64,000 nucleotides of DNA from Chrysomallon squamiferum (Eukaryota; Animalia; Mollusca), in contig CM022671.1 of the NCBI GenBank assembly GCA_012295275.1, positions 20,274,001 through 20,338,000 of the forward strand. The letters run 5' to 3'. Positions within the stretch are counted from its first letter, which is position 1, and every line of letters starts with the position of its first letter. The position numbers were made by a program, and so were the translations under genes. This document shows positions 14,163-26,976 of the stretch, piece by piece. The notes under the pieces were generated by a model. The model was not told the DNA's origin. It searched no databases and saw nothing but the letters and a program-made list of their open reading frames with translations.

Positions 14163-17100
14163 TCAAATTTGATTAGAATCCTCAGAATTATTGATGTAAT
14201 TCTGCAAACTTTGTAACCCTACTGAATTATGAACACAATTTTGCAACTTGTGTTCAGTATCTACTAAATTATTGGCACTATTTTGCAAACTGTGTTCAGT
14301 ATCTACGGAATTATTGGCACTATTTTGTAAACTGTGTTCAGTATCTACTGAACTATTGGCACTATTTTGCCTACTGTGTTCAGTATCTACTGAATTATTG
14401 GCACTACTTTGCAAACTGTGTTCAGTACCTACTGAATTATTGGCACAATTTTGCTGGCCATGTACAGTATCTACTGAATTATTGGCACAATTTTGCAAAC
14501 CAAGTCCAGTATCTAATGAATTATTTCCATAGTTTTGTTCAACATCTGAACACCAGACGGCATTGACTGGCAGATGAAAAGACTGATCATTCTGTGACTT
14601 CAGAGATATTTTTAACATATCTTTAATGTCAACATTCATCCCCATTCCACTGTTGTTATCACTCAGATTATGTGCACTATTCGAGCTTGGATTCTTCAAA
14701 AAAGTATCATAACTTTCAGCTGCCTGCAAATTCTGGGTCTTTATTTCATTCAGAACATCATCTGAACTTAACAAATCTGGACTCTCTGGTGATGAGTAGT
14801 TCACATTTCTGTCTGCTGCCGATAGTTGTGTTCTCTGTTTTTCTTTATTTTGCTGATCACTGGAAGGTATCACATTGTTTGTAGATTCACAAGATTCTGT
14901 TGTGGAGGAATTTTCCTCTTTAACAGAGTTAATTTCATCACAGTCTGCACTGTTGTTTTTTGTTCTGTTTGCAAAATCTTCGTCACTTTGTTTTTCCAAA
15001 CTAGGTGTTTCACAACCAATATAGGCTCCATTGTCAACACAGTATTTGATTAGTTCAAACCAGCATGGATCCTAATTGTAAATATATTAATATTAGTTGT
15101 TGAAAACATAAATGTTTGTTATTGTCAAATAATTAGAATTAAAATTAAATATAATAAAATTTTTAAAAATTTAATAATTATTATAATAATAAATTCAGAA
15201 TGGAATTAATAAGGAAATTGTATTATTACTCTTTATAAATAAATAAATACATAATAATTTTAAAGAACAAAATTCTGAACCTGGTTAAAAAAAAAAATAA
15301 GTACAACAACATTTTCTTAAATATTTATTATTTGATTTTTTAAAATATTTATTTATTGTTTTGAACAAAATATATTTACCTGTGCCAGTGTGTGTGGATT
15401 TCCAATAATAATGAGAAGAGCTTGTGCTCTAGTGATGGAGACGTTGAAACGTTTGGCATTGGAGAGAAAACCCAGCGTGTGTCGCAGATCAAAACCAGTC
15501 AACTTGTTTGATGATCGGACCTTTGAAATTCAGAATGAAATAACTCTTCATTAATAAAATTTACTTCTTTATTATTGGATTCCATTTTATTATTTTTTTC
15601 TTTATTTCTTAAATTATATATTAAAATAATTTTTATTTTTCATATTATTTGTTATTTTATGGAATAAAGGAATTAGTTTGCAAAACCAGATATGCTAAGA
15701 AATAATAAAAAAACCCACAAAAAAACACAAACACATTTTCTGATGAACTAATGTCCTTCAGGTACCCAAGATTTAAGAATTAGAATCCTACATGAAAAAC
15801 AACAAGAACAAAAAATGAAATGTATATTTTTATTACTTTCAGAATTCTCCCAAATCTAATCTTTTACTCCCAGAAATAATTATTAAAAAAATAAAGGAAA
15901 AGAAAAACAAAATTAAAATGGACTGTTTTTTTGTACATACTGTTGAAATTATAATCACTGGACGTTCCTGACCTTGGAACTCTTCAACAGATCCAACCTT
16001 GACCCTTGGAACATCCAGTTTATCAATAAGCAGACGGATCTTTTCAACCTGAACAACAGCATAGAGAGTTATAATCTGTGTTTTGCATAGAAAATCTTGG
16101 GCCAAGATCTCTGGAAACACTAATTGCATACAAATGTTAAATACCAACAACAACAAAATTAATTCTAAATCTTTCACTTTAACAGCCTGATGTAAGACTC
16201 ATGCTTTGTAGAGTATTAATAAATTGTTTAAGTAGAGATAAAGCTTTATCTAATCAAAACAATGTTTTGTTCTTCTAGTAAAGGACAGTAACTGCTATTG
16301 AATATCTGCTAATAACACACTGTATTTAGGCATTCTTTGCACAGTAACAAAAAAGATGATTTGAAGATTAAATTTTTTTTGACTGTAGTAATAATTATAT
16401 TATTATGACAAAAAACCTGTTTTTTGTAAGGAGTTATGATTCCAATGTCATCAGTAACAATGTCAAATGGTCCATTCTGCAGCAAAGCCTGGAGATACTG
16501 AATCACTAATACAGTTTCTTTTGGATTATACCAAGACGGGCTGCCTCCATCCCTGACATCTTCACCCTTCAAATATGACAGATAATTTATTTTTTAAATC
16601 CAATTATGAAAGAGAGTGTTATAAGATGCCAAACAAAAATAAATCAAGTTGGAAAATCGTTTTCAAAATTTAGCCTTATATATAAATAAAAAAAATAAAA
16701 ATAAAAAATGGACAAATAATTGACAGGTAAATTAATATATTATATAAAATTTATTGTTAAACAGTTTTTCATATGATCTAAAGATGCAGCTGGGCTATAA
16801 AGAAGTGAAATCTAAAGCTTTTCAGTTCTAATTGTAAATAAAAATAAAGCACATTTGAGACACAAACATGCACACACACATACACACAAATATATACACA
16901 TGCTAATAATAAGTGGACTAAACACTCTTTATTAACCAGAACATATATTATTAACCCTAACATATACAATTACATTAATCTCCTTTCTATGACCCAACTG
17001 AAAACAGGGCAGAATAAACCACATCCAAAGACAATCTATTAATAAAGCAAAGCAAAAAAAAATATCAACAAGCAAATTTAACAAGCAAACTATTTTATCA

Positions 17101-17320
17101 TATACTGAAAAGCAGAAGTGTTCTCATAAGGTTAAAAATACCTTAACACCGTGAAAGATGATGGGAAAGTCTTTTCTTGGTAACTTGTGCCATCCACAGA
17201 ATTTGTTAATAAGATCTGGATCAGCTTTTTCTTTCAACTCATTGTAATAGAACAGTTTTGATGGTACAGACAGAATAGATGGATGTGATCGATAATTGTC
17301 AACCAACATTGTGATCTGAG

Positions 17321-17353
<33 letters not shown>

Positions 17354-18688
17354 TTCAATTAAAAAAATGTTTAACTTAAGACTAAACTCTAATGAATTAA
17401 CTGACTAATTAATCATTAAAATTATCAATAAAAATTTGTTTTAAAAATAAATTAGTTGTTCTTTAAATATATTCCTGCTTTAAGATACCAAATTAGAACA
17501 ATCATTCATTAAGCAAAGGAAAAAAGACAAAATGAAAAAATTTAATTAATTTTCTGTCCAACACATTTTATCCCATACTTTTTGACACTGCATATTTTTT
17601 TCTAATGAAACATATCATGAAAGTCAAGTTGATACAAATGTATTAGCTATGGCTGAATCTCATTAAACTTGATTGACAGGACAAAAATGTTTATGGCTTT
17701 AAACAAAAATGTCTGAGAGAAAAATATAATTGAAATGAACTTCATAAATATTGATCATTTTTAATTGATAATTGTGATGGCTAGTTGAAATATATTTAAT
17801 CAAGATAATATAAAAAAAAAATATCTTATTTAACAGCAAATAATATAACATTAACAGAAACAATTATATATATTGTAAAATTATTTTAGTATATATATAT
17901 CTATCTCTCTGTCTGTCAGTTTGTGAATCAATATATATGTATGTGTGTGTGTGTATGGATGCTTTCTGAACTGTTTCTACATTAGATAAAAATCTTTTGA
18001 TGACCACAAAAAACTTGTAACATACCAGTCTGGAATCAAATCCTCCATTTTCTGAAGAAGCTGAAGAGTTTCTCAAATATGGCTGACAGGACATGAGACG
18101 CTCAAGGAAGGACATATCTAAACCATACATCTTAGCATAGTTTGACATCAATACAGGTCCTAGCTGTCGAGGATCTCCAGCCAAAATATTCTTTATGAAT
18201 CAGAAAAATTACCAATTACAAATTCTTAATGAAATGAAACAGCAAAAATAATCTTGATTTGTTACAGCTTACTCACCACCATTTCTTTTTCTTGACTAAA
18301 AAAAGTAGCAAACTAAAAACTACTCAAAAAATTAAAACTGGAACATATCATCCTTGAGATTTTTGTATTTTATTCATCTGAAGAAGTTTATTTTCTTTTG
18401 TTTTGTTTATTGTTTTTTTATTTAAGGATATATTAGAATTTGAAGATAAAATTTTATAGGTTTTAGAACATTTTGAATTTACATACAAAATATTTTAGTT
18501 TAATTTTAGCAAGCTTTCGTAAATTATTTCATTTCACTAAGGTTTAAAGTTAGTTATAACACACTTAGTCTTTCTCATTAATTTTTTATGTTTATCTGTA
18601 CCTGGCCATCAGCACCAGCAACCAGTCCCAGTGGTATCAGACATTCTGGTTCAGTAGCTTGACCACTCTGGAAGAGCAAGTAAATAAG

Positions 18689-18719
<31 letters not shown>

Positions 18720-18898
18720 ATATAATATGTGTGTGTGGGTGCATTTGTGTGTGCATGTGCATGTGTACAAATGGGTGTGTGGGTACACTGTAGGTAAGAA
18801 AAATAGAGGGGCTGATTTGCCTGATAAAAAAAGAACTACTAGTTTCTTTTTGCTCTGACCAAATGTTTTTGCTGAATTTAGGAAGACAGCTGTTCCCA

Positions 18899-18934
<36 letters not shown>

Positions 18935-19752
18935 TGAATGTGGGTACGTGTGTGCATAAGTATGTATAATAAATGTACATGATGTATAATTGTTATAATT
19001 TAAAACATTTATTGTAATATTATAAAATAACATAAACAATCTTTTTACCTAGCACATTAAATCCTGAGGCCTATCTAAACAATATAATCATGATTCTATC
19101 AAAATTCTTTTTTACCTCATCTACAAAAACATGTGTAAAATGTCCAGCAGTCAAACGAAGGATGTAAAAGGACCCAGCAGTGATACATGTACAAACGACA
19201 ATGCGATACTTTGACGTCAGTGCCAAATCAGTTCCAACAGCACAATACTTTTCTATACTCTCTGGTATACCCTGTAACAAAGAAAAATATCAATTCGCAA
19301 AAATGAACAAAAAAGGAGTATGAAAAGAGATTTCTAAATAATAAATAACCAAAGAATTTATATGTACTATTTTATTAAAATAAGGATTTATAGTCAATAT
19401 TTCTTAAGATAAAACTTTCATATTTAAATAACATATATGTGAAACTGAAGTGAACCTATTCATGAAGACAACAGAGATTTAATTTACAAAAATAAAATTG
19501 AATTCTACTAATTCATATGACATTTTTAATAATTATGAAGGAAGTTCTTTCTGCTCCATTTGATAATATATTTAAAAACTAGAATTCACACAGCATGAAA
19601 TAATTATCCTGAATGTTGATGAATTGTTATTTTATTTATTAAAACTGACTAATATTAACAAACCTCTTCTGATCTCTGAAATGCATTGAGTCTCACCAAA
19701 TCTGATGTCTTAACCAAACCACTTAGAATGAGTCTTTCAGCCTGTTTCAACA

Positions 19753-19798
<46 letters not shown>

Positions 19799-22700
19799 CA
19801 ATAATAACAATTACAACAACAATCTTGGCATTTACAATCACAATACAACAATAATAAGAAATACAATAATAATAATGATAAAAAAAAAGCAACAGTACCT
19901 CATAAAACATAATAATCAAAATAAAATAATAAAAATAATTTTTAAAAATAATAATAATATTGCAAATAATCTTCTTTACCATCATGATGATAAATATATT
20001 TACTATTGCATTTTTAATACAAATAGCTCACTGATTAAATAAAGTGGACACTTCATTAATGTATCTCTCAAGTACTCATTATAAACCTTTCCATTAAATT
20101 AATCAGCTTTTAATTACATTCTCCATCTACAGAAACAATTATAAACCAGTTTATTACTAAAAACTACTCAAAAAATTAAAACTGGAACATATCATCCTTG
20201 AGATTTTCATATTTTGGCATTTACAATCACAATACAATAATAATAACAATTATCTACAGAAACAATTATAAACCAGTTTATTAATTATTAGGTTTGTGTC
20301 CTTGATTGTGTATGTGTTTCTCTCTATTTCTGCCTCTCTCTTTCTATAATGTCTCTTTCACTCACTTAGTCACTCCCTAGAATTTTATAATAATTAAAAA
20401 TATTTTAACACTGACTAGGAGATCAGCAGCACTGTTAGATGGTGTACACGCCAGGATGCGACTGGAACCAATCCGTGTGTACACTTGTAATATTGACTCC
20501 ACAACTGTTATCGTTTTACCAGTTCCTGAAACCATAAAAACAATATATGTGTGTACATGCATGTGTGTTTGTGTGTGTATGTCTGTGTATCTCTGTGTGT
20601 GTGTGTTTTATACAAACACACTCATACACACACGCACTTGTATATATTTGTTTTATAAACAGATATATAGATATATATTAACAAACTGATACAAAAAATA
20701 AATGTAAGCATTAAAGTAAATATTATGTAATTAAATACAATCTGTTTGTTAGTGATCTTATACAAATTTTCAATTATGAATACAGTCATTTTGCATATTC
20801 ACAATTGTTATGGCTGACACAACTGAATTTGGTTCTGACAACACTAAAACAAACTTCACAGATCAGTGATTCAGCCTGTACATGATGATAAAACAGTTAT
20901 GGAAAAATGGCAATGCCCATACATTTTTAACCAGAACTCTTTTTTTGCAATTAAATAAATATAACTAAATAAATAAATAAAATTAAACATATATAGAAAA
21001 TTTCTTCTTATCACCAAAGATAATTTTGAATTAGAAAACCTCCACAAACCTGGTGGACCAAAGATTACATAAGGAAGAGGTCGACTCTGTCCAAGCAGTA
21101 TTTTTATCACAGCCATTTTCTGTCTATCATTTAGACATGGATTTACAAACTGGATTTGACTCTGAATCCAGGAATTTACACCAGGTATGTAACCACCCAA
21201 CTGTCCAGTACAATTCTGCTGATTTACTCTCGATGTATTTTTAAAACTCTGTGCGGACTTCTCATTAGAATCAGAATGTAAGTTTATTTTTAGTCGAGGT
21301 GCAGATCTTCTTGGCATATTCATGACATCTGTATCACAGTTTGGTTGTGTTAGCTGTATTAGAGGCTTCTTTATTTTTACTGCAGATGGAAATAAAACTG
21401 TCAAAAAAAGAAGAAAAGAAAATACTAATAATAAACCAAAAAAAACCCCAAATATCTGAATTAACAATAACAATAATTATAATTGTGATAAATATTCTTA
21501 AAATACTTCTGGTTAATTTAATAAGTTTAATTTTTTTAAAAAGGCATTAAGGGTGTTTTGTTTTTTTTGAAAAGCAACATCACAAATGAAATTAGTATAA
21601 TTGTTGTTTTGTTTTTTATGACATAGACGGAACATTGGAGAATGGGGCTGTTATTTCACTATCAGAAATCACTCACCTGTATTGCCTAAATGTTTCACAG
21701 CAATTCTTATAGCCTGATGACACCTTCGTAGAGTCGTTCTGACAAACATATTATTAACAGATTTTTATTAGCATGAACAATATCTAAACATATTTTGTAT
21801 ATTCAGTTCTTTTATTAATTTCTTACAAGTAATATCTACTAACAGGAAAGCATCCTAACTAGAAGATGCATATGGATTTACATTTCCACTTTTATAATAT
21901 CATTTTGTACACAAAAATGTAATGTAAAACAAACAAAAAAATAAGACTTAGATCCTAACTTTCTATTTTTAATTTTCATGCAGAGTTTTATTAAAGTTAA
22001 ATCAAACAAACAGATCAAACCTGATAAATGTAAACTGTACGTTATAATCTTCACCATTGTAGCAGTTGTGAAAATCTTCATTGAATTTTAACATTACTTC
22101 ATTTGTTGTCACCTGAAAATATTTCAGTAACATTTCTATATTTAATCTACTATTTTACTTTATTCAGTACAAAACAGTATCGTGACTTTCTAATTTCCAA
22201 ATTAACTGGGATATGGATAAAATATTCTTAGTTAATCAGCAGAAATGAGAGTTGCTAGAGGAAGTTGATGCAAAAAGTTGACCAAGGAAGTTGACCAAGA
22301 AAGAGGGAAAAGAGAGCTGCTGATGTCATTAGAACTACTTTGTAACATTATTTAAAAGGGTAATAAAAACCCTCTTTTTTACTGAAATAGAACAATACAT
22401 TTTCAGGGAATATAATTTGGTTTCTTTAACTACTGATATATTTCAATTTAAAATGATTTCATTTATGGTGTGTTATTAAAGAAGTCAGCTTGCCATGTGA
22501 ACAAATCCTTCGTATCTTGGACCATCAGGATCAACAGGGCTGGACAACAGAATCTTATCACCTATCATGATAGACGGACGACCTTCAGCTAAACCAGGAA
22601 CGGCAAGCGCCAAATACTGTCCACATTTTCTGAGACAAACCTGAAAATGTTAAAATTAAACACAAAACAAATGATGAATGGACATTTAAATGTAAGACAT

Positions 22701-22984
22701 TTAGACATGGATATTTGCACAGTGAGTGATTTAATTATGTTATATATACACTAACAAATATAGTCTGTTCACTCAGAATGGATTTGTAGCAAAAAAAACC
22801 ACCTGATATTATTATTATTATTTGTATATTAATAAAATTGCTTCCATATTGAACAAAAAAATTATTTTCTCTTTTAAAAATGTGCAAAATCTAAATTTGA
22901 TAAAGGATGAATTTCAAGGTATGGACACATATATCTTATACAAATAAAATTATGTTTTGTTAATTATTCAAAATCAGAAGCTGA

Positions 22985-23034
<50 letters not shown>

Positions 23035-25562
23035 GTATATGAATACTTACTCTGTTTAAATCAAACTCTTGGATGTTAATCTCTTGTTGTATTTCCTCAA
23101 GATGTAACAGTGTTGAAAATCGCTCGACATAGTTGTCCATATTGAGAGACTGAAACAATACATTTTAACATAGACTGTATCTTTTGAAACCAAAACCATA
23201 CTTTTACTTTATTATTTAAACTTGCTTGGGTGGCTGATATAATATATATGCAGATACTACTGCCTGGCATAAAATAAAACATGCACACACTCATAGTACT
23301 AGCCAATAGAATTAGTATACCAATAACAAAGATCAGCATGATTATTCTATTAAATGTGGCATAACAGTCATTATTTAATAATTTTATAAGTTAAAATATG
23401 ATACTGCTAATAATTTTCATGCTTTATTACAAGCAAAATAGCAATTTGATATTATCAATGTTTTCAACAGTTTAAATCATTATTGTCTGCAAGTTAGTGA
23501 AATATATTAACAATCAACTACTCAGCATCAGATTTGATATTTATTATATTATTTTGTTTTTACAACCAACAATGCTGGACAAAGAAATCTTATTTCTAAA
23601 TGCATGCAAAAGCAGATTTACAGAGATATATGCATACATACAATACATATATAATGCATACATTTATATCTACATTCATACATACATACATACATACATA
23701 CATTCAGACATGTTTCACAAACACACACACATATTCATAACCACACTAACAACCAAATAAAAGCCTACCCACAAACAAAAAAAACCCCACCAACATTCTA
23801 ATGTATGCAGAAGAATGATCAGAGAATATTTTTAGAATTATTTTCTTGGTATTCTTACCTGAGCCAGATAAGGTGCAACTGTAGTGAGCTCATTCTGATC
23901 CAGTACACAGTTTCTCAGACTGTTGTTAATCAAATACTGTGGTAGGACATGAGGTAGTTTTGTTTTAGGTGGAAACCTGACAATGTAGATAATATTTTTA
24001 AAACACATAAAGCTGTTCTGTTCTAGCTGAAAACATGATTACAAACAAAAAAAAAACAGATTTTAAAAAGATCTGAAGGTACCATTCATCATATTAATCT
24101 TTGTTGGTATTGCTATGGGAAAAAATGTTGCTTCTTACTGAACTAATGAAGATGTGGTATGACACACTGGAAATTCTATTATAACTCAAATCAACATGAC
24201 TCAAGATACTCATCAGGTTAAATCCTATTATTATTTATATTTTAATAAGCAATTTATGCTTTTGTATTATGTGTACACATATACATATATATACATACCT
24301 TTGGGGTTTCTGACCAGGAACAAGCCAACCAGTATCTTGTTGATACTGCACAGACCTCTTCTGGTTATAATTAAATACTCTGCAATAAAGTAAATTGTTT
24401 TATAAATCTTATATGAAAATTATTCCTAATAAAACCTGTTCAGATTAGGAATGATTAGGAATGATACAAATTACAACAGAACAATTCTATCAGTATTTAC
24501 AACACATTTATAAAATTATATATATATATACATATATATATATATGTATGTATTTAAGTATATATTTATTATTGCATCAGAATTAAAGTTAACTGAAACT
24601 TTAATAATAAAATATATTCAGATGTCATTAAACAATTCTTTCTTTCATTTGTGAAATAATTAGGATTGTTAGAAAAAGGTGATTCTGTTAGTGTTTATTA
24701 ATGAAAATATAAATTAGACAATATCCATTATACTGCAGGAGAATTAAAATTAGTTTTCCAACAACACCTGTAAGTTGACAGAGGAACAACACTAACAGCT
24801 CTCCATGAACATCTTTCCTTGCTGGCTTTCAATGGCTGTCACTTTGACAGCATCTCGCTTGTTAGGACTGTATCCATTTAAGCAACAAGATTTTTCGTAG
24901 TACACTTCTCCATCAATGTAACCGTGATCTTCCATAGCAGCTGATACTGTTCCTTCAAATGACCATGATCGTAAAGGCTCTACATTAATAGCATACTGTT
25001 TAGTGTGCTGTTCAATTTCTTCTTCTTCAACTTCCCTTTCAAGATAAGCAGTCACCCAGTCTCCTTTTTGAGGTTTGTATTCATTGAGACAATCGTCAAG
25101 GTAAAATTCAATATTGTTGTTAATAAAACCACATTCATATCTCAGTTCAGTAATCTGACCAATAAAAGCCAGGTTTTTTTCTTCCGATCCAGAATTGTCT
25201 TCATCTTCCCAATCTCTTGAAGTAATTGTCACAGTTTCAGCATGCCATCCACCATTGTGATGCTGTTGTTTAGCAATGACATGAACAGCATCACCAATTT
25301 TTGGTATGGTGTTACCTCCATGTAGAGCTTCAAAGCTGAAGTATATTTCTCCATCAATCAGGCCTTGTTCACTAAAAACATGAGTTATCTTCCCATCAAA
25401 GCATCGTGTCTTGTAGTTGCTTGTCTGTTGATTGTCAATGTCTAGTAACCATGGAAGTTGAGCAGAGCTGTCTTCAAGTGTCAAGTTCCATTTGCTTAAT
25501 TCTTCTTCTTCTTTTTTATTTCCAAGTAAATAGGAAAACAAATGACCCACTGCAGAGAACAT
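14163..25562 (-). CDS. MOV10L1: MOV10L1/Armitage-like UPF1-family SF1 RNA helicase (piRNA pathway), 18 coding exons, about 1265 aa if one extra base at 24814-24816 is removed
   Basis: Exons in transcript order: 25562-24768, 24379-24299, 23976-23859, 23149-23051, 22640-22494, 22112-22021, 21738-21677, 21397-21050, 20525-20416, 19741-19664, 19271-19116, 18667-18602, 18190-18026, 17315-17142, 16566-16417, 16048-15941, 15520-15380, 15071-14163. All phases are compatible. N-terminal OB/S1-like repeats ([18 protein letters not shown]) are typical of MOV10L1 rather than MOV10. Other motifs: [24 protein letters not shown], Walker [78 protein letters not shown]. Confidence 0.93.
14221..14525 (-). repeat. 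Coding minisatellite, 42-bp unit, about 7 copies (14-aa repeat [14 protein letters not shown]) in the MOV10L1 C-terminal tail
   Basis: gta(t/c)cta recurs at 14257, 14299, 14341, 14383, 14425, 14467 and 14509 (period 42). Confidence 0.95.
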
Positions 25563-26499
25563 ATTCCTCAAATGTTTTCTGAACTTGTAATCAGTAAAAT
25601 AACTGTCTAGTTGTTCATTACTTAATATTCAGGAAATATCTGAAAATAATAATAATAAAAATAATGAAGAGGATGAGGAGATGGTGAACAATAATGATAA
25701 TAAGACAACAATCAATAACAACTTACCTATATGACTACATTTAAAGAGAATCAAAATCTTGTTTCCTAATCTGATTTACAGGTTAAAATTCTTATTTTTA
25801 TAAGGATCAATTAAATTAAATTAAATTTAAAAAACTCCTTTTTTCATTCAAGTTGTTATAAGATCAAATAGTTATGCTACAATATCACAATATATCAATT
25901 TATGATATCGATTCAATAATTTATAATTTGTAGATTATACAAATGAGTGATAATGCAGTTCAACATCACTGCAGGAATCTTATTAAAGACTGACAGTAAT
26001 TAAAAAATTAATTTTAATTAATTAATTACTTTCTGGACATTGTTAATGTTGTTTATCATGGCTATATAATAACATTAATAATTACCAAATAAATAAAGTT
26101 ATAATCTGCAAATCAATGGTTATATGTTGTTTTTGTCACTATCATGACTAAGTATGAACAGTTAAAAAAATAACAGATTTTGTGACATTAAAGTATGTTT
26201 TGAGTTGTCTTAAATCATTGATTAAGATAATGTCAGTAACATACTTGAGTCTAAACTGTAGAAATAACAGATTATTGAAAATTAAACAATAAAAAAGTGT
26301 TTGAATGTCAACACTTAAAATAAACAGTTCACTGTAGATCAAACTTAAAGTAACTTTTATTCCATTAATTAAGAAAATGCATTTAAGTTTGAAAAGGAAC
26401 TCATCTCGATTTTGTCATTTTTAATGTTATAGTCAGGATAAACAGTATGAATAATGATTTCAGATTTGAAAACTGTAATCATTTTTATATAAACATTAC

Positions 26500-26943
26500 C
26501 ATTATCTGATTATGATTAACGATCACAAGTGTTGAAGTGATGACAACATCATGCCGGCAATTTCAATGTTTTGGTCTCCTTAAAGTACTTTCTAAATTAA
26601 AAGTAACGCCAACAGGCAACACGTAATAGTATTACTAATACTGACAGAATTTACTATTTTACAAAATTAACAAAAGATATACATCACTTCATAAGTCAAT
26701 AAATCATGATTTAAATTATAATTTCAAAGAAAACGTGCTTCTTTTTTTTTTTTCCTTCTTTTTTTCCTAGAAGAAAAAAAAAAAAAAGAAAAAAGAAAGA
26801 AGAAAAAGAAACTAATTGACTGTCCCACAGTTACAACGGTTGCATTTGTAAAAATAAATGTAAAGATTTCAGTCTATATATGTACTTAGTAATTTCCATA
26901 ATGAACTGTATTCCGGACAGAAAATACGGATACTTTTATTATT

Positions 26944-26976
<33 letters not shown>

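Noticed and set aside
14248-14532. Plus-strand Cys/Leu repeat ORF, and a CRISPR-like appearance of the 42-bp array
   Set aside because: It is the antisense of the MOV10L1 coding repeat. Units are contiguous with no unique spacers, and the context is eukaryotic.
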